38,007 nt of DNA. Source: a candidate division FCPU426 bacterium. Lineage in GTDB: Bacteria > Oederibacteriota > Muellerivitia > Muellerivitales > Muellerivitaceae. The notes under the pieces are model-generated. The model was not told the origin of the DNA, ran no database searches, and was given only the letters and a program-made list of their open reading frames with translations. The DNA lies in the NCBI GenBank assembly GCA_963830915.1, contig CAWHOE010000066.1:1-38007 (forward strand), written 5' to 3'. Both the position numbers and the translations under genes were made by a program. Positions 17,798 through 26,358 of this stretch are shown one piece after another; the stretch's first letter is position 1, and the number at the start of each line of letters is the position of its first letter.

Positions 17798-17840
17798 GAG
17801 AAAAGCCTCCGCCTTACGGCAGAGGCTTTTTTTATATCAG
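17798..17840. terminator. Intrinsic terminator (duplicate of 15533-15575)
   Basis: Identical 43-mer lying between the convergent TA3 and spoVG-like genes. Confidence 0.8.
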
Positions 17841-17926
17841 ATTTGTTGCAAATAGCCTTTTTGCTATTTGCACAACCAAATCGCCGCCCTTGTCTTGAGG
17901 ACAAGGACGAGGTGTTCCGCGCTATT

Positions 17927-18331
17927 TTACTTTTTCCACTCCCTCTTCACCCACGGTTTCGCCGGTCCCGCCGGACATGTAGGCTCCACCGGCTTAGTCG
18001 CTCCCACCGGCAGTTTCGCCACCGCCGCCTGCGCGGGCGTCGCTTTCACCCTCTCGATCACCTTCCCAGCGACGGCGAATTCATAAGCGTCCATACCCGC
18101 TCTCCGAACCAGATCCAACAATTCCTTATTCAGGAAGTAGAGGGGAATGAAATCATCCCCGCTCTTCCTGGTCGGAGTCGAAACGAACCGCCCTTTCGGC
18201 CCCTCCGCCACCTTCATATTGGGGAAGTGCACCTGGTATTTCTCGTCGAACGTCACCTTCGCGGTGAACATCGCCAGAACGCCCCCTTTTTTCTCAACCA
18301 ACATTCTCACAACTTCGACTTTGGGATCCAT
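17927..18331 (-). CDS. SpoVG-family nucleic-acid-binding protein
   Basis: 'AKVTFDE...NMKVAEGPKGRFVSTPTRK'; RBS GGAGGA before ATG 18331; Ala/Pro-rich tail. Confidence 0.8.
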   Translation of the reverse strand: MDPKVEVVRMLVEKKGGVLAMFTAKVTFDEKYQVHFPNMKVAEGPKGRFVSTPTRKSGDDFIPLYFLNKELLDLVRRAGMDAYEFAVAGKVIERVKATPAQAAVAKLPVGATKPVEPTCPAGPAKPWVKREWKK

Positions 18332-19201
18332 GAGATCCTCCTTATTTTGTTTTGGAGGTCGGCGGCTTTTCCAAGGGCCGACCGTTGGTCGTCCACTTGT
18401 CCGAGAAAAGGATCTCGTCCAAGTGATAAAGCCGCCTTTGTTTGGTGGCTTCGCTGGTCGGCGGCTTTTTAACCCGCGCCCCTCTACGAACAAGTAGGGG
18501 GCGTCGGGTAAAAAGGAATGATTTGATGTTGTCGTAGCGGAAGGGAAGAAGCGTCGCGGATTCCCTGAAGCGATGGTTTATTAAAGAAAGACTTTAAGAA
18601 GCAACGAAGCGCGAAAGTGAAACGACAGCGTTCGAGGCCGCCGGACCTAGGGTTGTTTCCACCCTGGGTCCGGGGTCCCGGAGGGCCAGGCCGGTTGCTG
18701 ATTCCGTATAAATTTCTCCGGAGGCTGATTACTTTAAATAAATAAAAGAGAAGTTTTTTCCCACCAGAGAATTCAAGGTAGGGAAAAAACTTTTTCATAT
18801 ACACGGCGCACCCCAAAGCGTTTTCTTTCGACTTTAACCAAATACGTAGTGGAAGTTTTTCTCCCTCCAAAGTGGCTATGCCACCCTCCCGCTGCGCAGG
18901 GAAGCTCTCCTGGCCGTCGAGCAATACGCTCCCTGCTTCGCTCTCGGGTTTCGCTGACTGCCATTCTTATATTTATTGATTTCATTATGAAGAATGGTAT
19001 TTCGCGCAAACTTTTCCTTCACGAAAAACAACTGCTGGCCTTCACTCCGGGCTTGCGCCCTCCGTTCGTCCAGTAAACGACTTTTGCCCTCAGTGTCGCA
19101 CCCTCACCGGCCTCGTTCCTCGGCCTATTTGTGAAGGGTGCGCCCCCGAAGGGCTGTTCCCGAAGGGCCAACGGCCCGAACAAAAAACAAGGAGCAAGAA
19201 A

Positions 19202-19687
19202 ATGAGGAAAGCCAAACAAGTGGAGATGACTTTAGATGTGATGTACCAAATCCCCCCGACCGTTCCGCCTATTTCGTGGGCGGAAGCCAATGTCGATTAT
19301 AAAAGAGGGCCGGTAGTGTCCGCCCCACGGGAAGCCGAGGAATATTTCGCCAGGTTTATCGGTGGGAAAACTAATGAGGTTTTTTTGGTCATGTACTTGG
19401 ACCACCGGAATCATGTTTTGGATTGTGTTTGCATGGGAGAGGGAACGGTTGACCATACCGCCGTTTATCCCCGTGAGATTTTTAAGAAAGCATTGGAGAT
19501 AAACTCCACAGGGTTAATCCTAAGTCACAACCACCCTGGAGGGAGCCTTGAAGCTTCCGAAGGTGACAAGGCTTTGACCCGCCAAATCATCACCGCTGGT
19601 CGTGCCCTTGGTATCACCGTCCACGACCACATCATCGTCACCCACGAGGGCCACTTCTCTTTTCGCCAAGCGGGAATGTTGTCATGA
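19202..19687 (+). CDS. radC: JAB/MPN-domain (RadC-like) protein
   Basis: 'EVFLVMYLD...GTVDHTAVYPREI...HNHPGG...SEGD...HDHII'. Confidence 0.92.
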   Translation: MRKAKQVEMTLDVMYQIPPTVPPISWAEANVDYKRGPVVSAPREAEEYFARFIGGKTNEVFLVMYLDHRNHVLDCVCMGEGTVDHTAVYPREIFKKALEINSTGLILSHNHPGGSLEASEGDKALTRQIITAGRALGITVHDHIIVTHEGHFSFRQAGMLS

Positions 19688-19956
19688 AGGCGACCGACAT
19701 GAGCCATTCCATCACCATTCCCCAAGTCAAATCCGTGAAGGCCGAGCCGGTTCATTACGGAATCAGGACGACCTATTACATCACCAAGGTCACTTTCAAA
19801 GATAAAAGGGCGGTCACCCTACAGGGCGAGTGGGGAAGGAGAGAGGCAATCTTTTTTGCCTTTGTCCAAAGAGTCATGGATGCAGGTCTTACCAAAGACG
19901 AAGCCTTGGATTTCACTATAAGGCAATTTCCAGAACACCAAAAGAAAGGGGTCTGA
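19684..19956 (+). CDS. Hypothetical protein
   Basis: ATGA-coupled to radC; 90 aa. Confidence 0.6.
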   Translation: MKATDMSHSITIPQVKSVKAEPVHYGIRTTYYITKVTFKDKRAVTLQGEWGRREAIFFAFVQRVMDAGLTKDEALDFTIRQFPEHQKKGV

Positions 19957-19958
19957 TT

Positions 19959-20342
19959 ATGAAACATCCCAAGATTGTCATCCACTTAGACGGGGGTTTA
20001 GTCCGGGAAGTCATCACGGACACACCGGGGGTTATTTTCAAGGTCATCGATCACGACACAGAAGGTTGCCCGGACGATGAAATCAATAAGCTTGGAGGAG
20101 AGGAAGTAATTATCACCCAGCACGACAACGCCAATTTTGACGTGCCCCACATTCTTGAAGTATTCGATACCGACAGTAATTTTTTGGATGAAAAAAGGCA
20201 AGCACCATGTCAAAGGCTGACGGTCTTACCCCCAAGAATATTTTCAAAATACGCTTTGGCTCAGAATCCAAGGCGTATTTTGTGGACCGCTGGACCCGCA
20301 TCAAGGGTTATCCAACGGCCAATTATTGTTGGTATCAGATGA
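19959..20342 (+). CDS. Hypothetical acidic protein (true stop may be 20220)
   Basis: RBS then 'MKHPKIVIHLDGGLVREV'. Removing one base in the T6/A6 runs (20180-20196) removes most of the long overlap with the next gene. Confidence 0.55.
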   Translation: MKHPKIVIHLDGGLVREVITDTPGVIFKVIDHDTEGCPDDEINKLGGEEVIITQHDNANFDVPHILEVFDTDSNFLDEKRQAPCQRLTVLPPRIFSKYALAQNPRRILWTAGPASRVIQRPIIVGIR

Positions 20343-20623
20343 CGGGCATATCTTTTAAATGCGAACCGGAGGCAGTCGCTTTTATTTCCTCTTATAAGAG
20401 AGCAAAAATTCTTATCGGAAAAAAATTTGTTTTAGTGGAAAAGCACATTAACAAACTTTTTAAGGAATTCCCTTTGTTGGCCTATGAGATAAAAAGTTAC
20501 GTCCAGAAAACGAACGAACTCAGGACTGCCAGGATGACGACCTGCTTTAATTGCGATACCTCTTTCCCGGTTCAGGGTGATAACACTTGCCCTATTTGCG
20601 GAACCCGCAGGATTGTAGGATAG
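20207..20623 (+). CDS. Hypothetical protein with C-terminal zinc ribbon
   Basis: 'CFNC...CPICG'. Confidence 0.65.
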   Translation: MSKADGLTPKNIFKIRFGSESKAYFVDRWTRIKGYPTANYCWYQMTGISFKCEPEAVAFISSYKRAKILIGKKFVLVEKHINKLFKEFPLLAYEIKSYVQKTNELRTARMTTCFNCDTSFPVQGDNTCPICGTRRIVG

Positions 20624-20952
20624 CCGCGCCGGAAGGAAACCTCCCCGCCCCCGGCTAGAAGGTAAAGGCGTCCCGGGGCCGTGTCGGTTTCCTTTAAAGA
20701 CTTTTCTGGAAGGGAAGGGGACAAACCCTTCCCTTCACCTTTCCCTAGCCCGGGTGGAGATCCCCCGGAGCCCCCCAGGGGGAGGGAAAGAACCCTCCCC
20801 CGTGTGCTAACAGCTTGTATGGCTGTTAGCACAACCAAGAATCCGTCAACACCTTGCGGGTGTTGACGAGGTGTCCCCGCCCTAGCCCGGGGGAAGTGAC
20901 CCCCGGATCCCCCAGAGACGCACGACAACGTGGATGAATTTCTTTTTCCGGG
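20623..20952 (+). repeat. Composite direct repeat, copy 1
   Basis: 20623-20757 matches 22781-22916 with few mismatches; 20919-20952 matches 23110-23142. Confidence 0.85.
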
Positions 20953-21034
20953 CGGCGTCACCAACTCTTATTGAGTTGGCATTATCAACCGACGCCCTTC
21001 ACCTTGTGGGTGAGGGCTGATAAACGCCGTCCGG
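20948..21034 (+). repeat. Structured motif B, copy 4
   Basis: Outer stem ccgggcggcgt/acgccgtccgg enclosing the conserved core. Confidence 0.8.
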
Positions 21035-21278
21035 GCCGGGGCCTCCGCCCCTAAATCCCGTCCCTGGCCGGGCCTCCTCCGTCGGCTATCCGGCCAACAA
21101 AGACGGGCCGGGCTTTGCCCGGATGATGCTGACACAAACGACGCACTCCCCCGGAACAAAGAAATTCTGGAACCAACAGCCCCCACCCTATCGCTCCGTG
21201 TCCCGCCCCCGAATTTTTCGGGGGGGCGGTCCCCAGAGGCCGCTCCCCTCCACCAAATAAAAAAAGGGAGTCTGCACG

Positions 21279-22169
21279 ATGGAAATCACTACGACGAAGC
21301 AAAACAAAACGACGACGGCCATGGAGGCCATCACGGAAAGGGTTTTAGAAGACCTCTCAAAAGGCGTCATGCCTTGGGAAAAAAGCTGGTTTTGTTCTTT
21401 GCCTAAGAACGCCACCACAGGGAAGGAATACAGGGGAATCAATATCCTAATTCTTTCCTACCTTCGAGCCTTCAAGCAGTATTCCTGCCCGGCCTGGCTG
21501 ACTTTTAAACAGACATCAACCTTGGGAGGCAGGATCAAGAGGGGCGAGAAGGCCGCTGAAATTGTTTTTTACGACATCGTGACCCGCAAGGGCGGGAAAG
21601 CGGACGCCCAGGGCGAGGCCGAGATCGAGCGCTTCCCCCTTCTCAAGGTTTACCACGTTTTCAACCTGGACCAAACCGAAGGGCTGGAAAGCCTGAAAGA
21701 GAAGAACACCCTAAAAGCCGTGGACCCCATCGAGCAGGGCGAGAAGATCATGGCCGATTCAGGGGTCAACATTTCTTTCAACGGGTTGGACAAGGCTTTT
21801 TATTCCCCGGCCACCGACCGGATCACTCTTCCTCCGAGGGATTCTTTTAGATCAACCCAGGGTTTTTACAACACGGTTTTTCACGAGCTATCCCACGCCA
21901 CCGGCCACCCGGACCGGCTCAACCGGAACTTTTCCACCCGGTTCGGTTCGGAAGCCTACGCCTTTGAGGAATTAGTGGCGGAGCTGGGAGGGTCTTTTCT
22001 TTCCTCCCATATCGGCTTGTCTTACAACTCAGCTCATTCCTCTTATATCGCCTCTTGGTTGAAGGTTTTGAAGGATGACAAGCAAGCCATCATCCACGCA
22101 GCTTCCCACGCTCAAAAAGCCGTGGACCTTCTTTTGAAGATCGAGCACGAAGGAAAGGAACCGGCATGA
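21279..22169 (+). CDS. ardC: ArdC-family antirestriction protein (ssDNA-binding DUF1738 plus zincin-like domain)
   Basis: 'GVMPWEKSW...NATTGKEYRGIN...WLTFKQ...VFNLDQTEG...HELSHATG..RL.R...YAFEELVAE'. Confidence 0.95.
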   Translation: MEITTTKQNKTTTAMEAITERVLEDLSKGVMPWEKSWFCSLPKNATTGKEYRGINILILSYLRAFKQYSCPAWLTFKQTSTLGGRIKRGEKAAEIVFYDIVTRKGGKADAQGEAEIERFPLLKVYHVFNLDQTEGLESLKEKNTLKAVDPIEQGEKIMADSGVNISFNGLDKAFYSPATDRITLPPRDSFRSTQGFYNTVFHELSHATGHPDRLNRNFSTRFGSEAYAFEELVAELGGSFLSSHIGLSYNSAHSSYIASWLKVLKDDKQAIIHAASHAQKAVDLLLKIEHEGKEPA

Positions 22170-22364
22170 AAATCAGGACCTATTCAAACCGGTTAGGTTA
22201 CGACACCCCTCCCGAAAAAATCGGCCGGGGAGGGGAAGTTTTCCTACCCTTGCCAAGGATGCGGAACTGTTTTGACGCTCACAAAAGAACAACTCGGAAA
22301 GACAAAACTTTGTTTCCTTTGTGACGAAGAGCACAGAGCCGGTTGGGATTTTTTAAACTTTTAA
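22166..22364 (+). pseudogene. Small zinc-ribbon protein split by a +1 frameshift (absent from the ORF track)
   Basis: ATGA-coupled to ardC. The +1 frame reads 'KFSYPCQGCG...LCFLCDEEH' and stops at 22364, just before the next RBS. Confidence 0.6.
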
Positions 22365-22375
22365 GGAGGAACGTC

Positions 22376-22732
22376 ATGGGCTTAAGAGTCACGCATGGAT
22401 GCTGGGAAGGGGCTTATCACTCATTCAGCTTATTCAGGACAGAGCTGGCAAAGGTTTTCAAGATCGAGCTGGACGATATGGAAGGCTTTGGGGGTTTTGT
22501 TTCTTGGGGACCATACCGGAAACACCCCATTACCATTCTTTTGGATCATTCGGATTGCGACGGGGTTATCTCTTGGAAGGATACCCGGAAGGTCGCGGAC
22601 GCTTTGAAATTTATCCGTCTGGACCCACGGACACCCAGGGCGATCCTCAAACGCATACGCCGGGCAATGATCCTTTTTGAGCGAGGATTGAGACGAGCCT
22701 ACCGGGCGGGAGAAGGGGTTGAATTCCGATAA
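22376..22732 (+). CDS. Hypothetical protein
   Basis: RBS AAGGAGG, ATG 22376; 'WEGAYHSF..FR..LA' and 'LLDHSDCDG' motifs. Confidence 0.7.
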   Translation: MGLRVTHGCWEGAYHSFSLFRTELAKVFKIELDDMEGFGGFVSWGPYRKHPITILLDHSDCDGVISWKDTRKVADALKFIRLDPRTPRAILKRIRRAMILFERGLRRAYRAGEGVEFR

Positions 22733-22780
22733 AGACCCCAAGGACCAGGCCAGGCCCTCCGGGTCCTGGCCACCGGACCC

Positions 22781-23142
22781 GCCGCGTCGGAAGGAAACCT
22801 CCCCGCCCCCGGCTAGAAGGTAAAGGCGTCCCGGGGTCGTGTCGGTTTCCTCTAAAGACTTTTCTGGAAGGGAAGGGGAGCAGACCCTTCCCTTCACCTT
22901 TCCCTGGCCCGGGTGGCCGGTTCTTTTATGGAACCGACACACCCACATCAGCCTTTCAGGCTGAAGGCGACAAAGAGCATCGAATCAGGTTCGGCTTGTG
23001 GCCTCAACGCAGGACGGGAAGATCCCCCGGATGTAAACAGCCTATATGCTGTTTGCACAACCAAACCTCGCCTATGCCTTGAGGGCATTAGGCATGGTGC
23101 CCCCAGAAGCGCACGACAACGTGGATGAATTTTTTTTCCGGG
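22781..23142 (+). repeat. Composite direct repeat, copy 2
   Basis: Matches 20623-20952 in three blocks. Confidence 0.85.
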
Positions 23143-23205
23143 AGGCTTCTAATGATTGCGTAATCCTGGCATGACTAATGCTATGCGAACTTTTTGGAAT
23201 TTCTT

Positions 23206-23234
23206 TTGACAAATCAATTTAACGGTTCAATAAT
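23206..23234 (+). promoter_or_regulatory. Sigma70-type promoter at the start of the AT-rich cargo
   Basis: TTGACA-17-AATAAT. Confidence 0.5.
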
Positions 23235-23735
23235 CCAACCATAAAGGAACTGGTTGCCGCCAGATCCCCACACGATCAAAACTTTTATAATTTTGAAAAA
23301 GTTCTTATCGGCGTACTTTTTCGTAAAACATTAGAGGGGACCCCCAAATTCTTGCAGAATTTTAGGGGTCGGCAGGCTGGTTGGTCGCTCTACCAATACT
23401 TTTTTCAGCCTGCAAAGACAATTTATCCACGCGGTTTTCCAGAAAAGCTGACCTCTTTCCTCAAAACCATAAACACCCTTTCAATTAATATCCATTCCGG
23501 ATATAGCTCAACACTGACGTGTCTATTTAGGGGAGATTCTCTTTCTATATCTGAATCGGTTACTGGTTCAGAGGTTGTATATGGATCGTATTTTTCAGGC
23601 GACTAACCCCGAAATCACTTCCTTTGATTTTATTCCTGCCATTTCTTGTTCCTTAAGTTTTTCCCACTACATTCAACGGCTGGTAAACTCATGTTGTTGT
23701 TCGATGATGAATACCAACTGCATGAGGTGTAAGCG

Positions 23736-24791
23736 ATGAATTTCAAACCTGTCAGACTTAAGTACAAAAGCAGAAGGACAATACTTTTCACGATACCAAT
23801 ATATTTATTTTTGCTTTCTTTAGCATTGGCCCAATCAACTTCTGGTTCTATCAGCTTCAGCAAAAAAGAAATAGCATTTTTCAAATGGGGGAATGGGACC
23901 AATGAGATCGGTCACAAAATAGAAACAAAAGAAGATCGTTTAAAAAATAAGCCTGTTGATATAGATAAAGAAACAGGACTACCAGAACCTACTCCAATTT
24001 TGTCAGCGGAAGAAAAAAAAATTATCAACCGTTACTGGGGGATAACTTTAATTAGGTTAGATGGTAATGATAATATTTATCTTTCGGATCCAACTAACCA
24101 CAGAATGTTTTTTATCAAATCTGATGGGAAAGTAATTAGGTCTATTAATAATGCTGGCGTAGGTTTTTTTTATGTTGATGAAGCTGGGGATGTTATTAAC
24201 CCTTACTTCAAACGAGACGATAGTGGGTTTATTTGTACCCATCCGGATGGTACTCAAACCGTCTATAAATATTTTGATTTTGGTTATTTGAACAACGGAA
24301 TTGTTTACGATCAGGCCCGCAAAAAGGCAATAACAATATTAGACAATGGGGACAAAGCGGAAAAATTTGCTGTTGGTGGCGAAGTAAAATATGACAAAAA
24401 TTTTGGATTAATTATTAGTACTCAAGATTTAAATAAACATCTCCGAAAGATAAACAAACATATCGATCGTGACTCAATCGGTATTAAGTTTGAAGAAGAA
24501 AAAGGATTTTACCATTGGCAGGAGTTTCTCGGATTTGATGACGATGGCAACGCATACGTTTTATGGGGATTTCCTAATCATAATGCTTCGCATGTTAATC
24601 AGTTAAATGATGCCTTTGTAGGTGTGTATTCGCCAGAAGGTTCTAATTTGGCAAAAGTACCCTTTGATATCGATTATTACAAGCCGGATGATTTAACAAG
24701 AAATTTGTTCGTTATCAACTCCCGCGGGGATATTTATCAAGCCTGGGAATCGGATGATGGAGTTCATATATTCAAATGGGTAAAAAAATAA
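23736..24791 (+). CDS. Secreted beta-rich (propeller-like) hypothetical protein
   Basis: RBS GAGGTG; signal peptide; repeats 'DGNDNIYLSD', 'DDDGNAYV', 'NSRGDIYQ'. Confidence 0.7.
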   Translation: MNFKPVRLKYKSRRTILFTIPIYLFLLSLALAQSTSGSISFSKKEIAFFKWGNGTNEIGHKIETKEDRLKNKPVDIDKETGLPEPTPILSAEEKKIINRYWGITLIRLDGNDNIYLSDPTNHRMFFIKSDGKVIRSINNAGVGFFYVDEAGDVINPYFKRDDSGFICTHPDGTQTVYKYFDFGYLNNGIVYDQARKKAITILDNGDKAEKFAVGGEVKYDKNFGLIISTQDLNKHLRKINKHIDRDSIGIKFEEEKGFYHWQEFLGFDDDGNAYVLWGFPNHNASHVNQLNDAFVGVYSPEGSNLAKVPFDIDYYKPDDLTRNLFVINSRGDIYQAWESDDGVHIFKWVKK

Positions 24792-25351
24792 AATTAATAT
24801 TTGTTTTTCTTTTGTTTGAGTGTTCGTCCGCTTTATCGCAGACGCAAATGAATGTTATAACTATTGACGTGGATGATCCTCAAAATTTTCAACCAGTAGT
24901 GTTTAGTGATAATACTACACATTATCCCATTATTGATTTGCTTAAAATTCAAGGAACAGCCTTAATTTATCCTCAATTAGAGTCTGCTCTCATAGATGAA
25001 CTCCAAAATGATCCTAATAGTGTTACTGATGTCGTTGTTGTAATTCCATTTGAGGAGTATATCAAAGGTGTTGTTTTACAAGAAATAGGAAGAAGTTCTA
25101 CTCCATTAGAAGCTATGAAAGCCTTGGCAGTTGCTGCGCGTTGTTTTGCAGAAGGGATTGCTCAAAGAAGACCGCCCTATTCTGAAACATTTGCAGGACT
25201 ATCTTCTCCAATAAATTTTACAGTTTATGGTGATATCGACGATCAGGACTATTTAGCGTGTGTTTCTTCTAGTCCTAATTATTCAGCGGATAATGGATTT
25301 TCTGCCCAGGCAACTGACGATACGACCGGCCAGGCACTATGGCTCATTTAA
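24776..25351 (+). CDS. Secreted SpoIID/LytB-domain protein, probably C-terminally truncated
   Basis: 'PFEEYIKGVVLQEI...LEAMKALAVAAR...DQDY...ATDDTTGQAL', then stop. Confidence 0.7.
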   Translation: MGKKIKLIFVFLLFECSSALSQTQMNVITIDVDDPQNFQPVVFSDNTTHYPIIDLLKIQGTALIYPQLESALIDELQNDPNSVTDVVVVIPFEEYIKGVVLQEIGRSSTPLEAMKALAVAARCFAEGIAQRRPPYSETFAGLSSPINFTVYGDIDDQDYLACVSSSPNYSADNGFSAQATDDTTGQALWLI

Positions 25352-25531
25352 TACCTACACATGGCGGTTTTAAAAAGGATGGTGTGCAACGGATCGTGTT
25401 CATCAAAAGCCAAACCAAAACTATTCCCGTGATTCTTTCATTTACTCGAATACAAACCCCTTCGACAAATTTCCTCATGTAAACTTAACCTGTTGTTTGA
25501 TGATAAATTCCAACTTCATGAGGGGGATCAA

Positions 25532-26335
25532 ATGAATTCAAGATCAAATTTACTGTTCAATTTCTTTGTTTTAGCAATAACATTGTTTTTTTTGTCGTTG
25601 AAGTACACCTTAGCAGAGACGCCAACAAAACCCCCTTCTAATCATTCTGAAATTACAAATGGCCAAAATTGGATCAAATTAAACGATTCAGATTGGCTTA
25701 AAAAAGTAAGCCACATGTTACTTCAACAATTACTAGATGAAGAAATAGACATGGTTTGCAAACAATTAAGATTAAGTTATGAAGTTCAATTAGATTTATC
25801 AAAGTTAAATGAGGTGATAACAAAAAGAGATCTTTATGGAAGAGAATCTTCGCGTGCATCGGAAATGGAAGCTAACCAAAATTCCGGTTCTGCTCTTTCA
25901 GATAAATTCGAAAAAAAATATCAGACGGCAAATCTATCTTGTTTGGAATTAGTTAAAAAATTACGTTTGGAGATGGGTAACAAGCAAGAGGACTTTATCC
26001 AATGGGTTCTAGAAAGAAATTATATACGCAATGTTGTTATGGATGCTTCTTTTAAAAAAGAATTAGAAAACGAAGATGATTTAAATAATAAAACAGTGCA
26101 AACAATTGAAGCCAGTCCTCGCTTTAAAGCTTATAAAGAAAATAAGATTTTAAAATTATCATCTTCGGTAAATGCGAATGACTATTTCTCCCAGCATGAA
26201 CTATCTCTAAGAAAAAGGGTCGAATACCAAATCCTATTGTTTAAAGCACATGAATTTAAGGGTTCGAAAGATTGGCACGAATACAAGGATAAATTAAAAA
26301 GGTTAAGTCAGGAAATAGCCACCATTAACCAGTAA
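25532..26335 (+). CDS. Secreted or membrane-anchored helical hypothetical protein
   Basis: RBS GAGGGG, ATG 25532, hydrophobic N-terminus. Confidence 0.65.
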   Translation: MNSRSNLLFNFFVLAITLFFLSLKYTLAETPTKPPSNHSEITNGQNWIKLNDSDWLKKVSHMLLQQLLDEEIDMVCKQLRLSYEVQLDLSKLNEVITKRDLYGRESSRASEMEANQNSGSALSDKFEKKYQTANLSCLELVKKLRLEMGNKQEDFIQWVLERNYIRNVVMDASFKKELENEDDLNNKTVQTIEASPRFKAYKENKILKLSSSVNANDYFSQHELSLRKRVEYQILLFKAHEFKGSKDWHEYKDKLKRLSQEIATINQ

Positions 26336-26358
26336 TAGTTTTTTAAGAGGATAATAAT

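Noticed and set aside
17786..18924. ORFs 17786-18472 (+) and 18484-18924 (-)
   Set aside because: The first is an antisense shadow of the SpoVG-like gene; the second spans hairpin-rich intergenic DNA with no protein-like features.
20803..20836. Integron attC site (GCTAAC...GTTAGC)
   Set aside because: Too short, lacks L boxes and extrahelical bases, and no integrase is present.
12430..23142. CRISPR or other regularly spaced guide array
   Set aside because: The repeats are dispersed at irregular, up to kb-scale distances, there are no constant-length spacers, and no cas-like gene is present.
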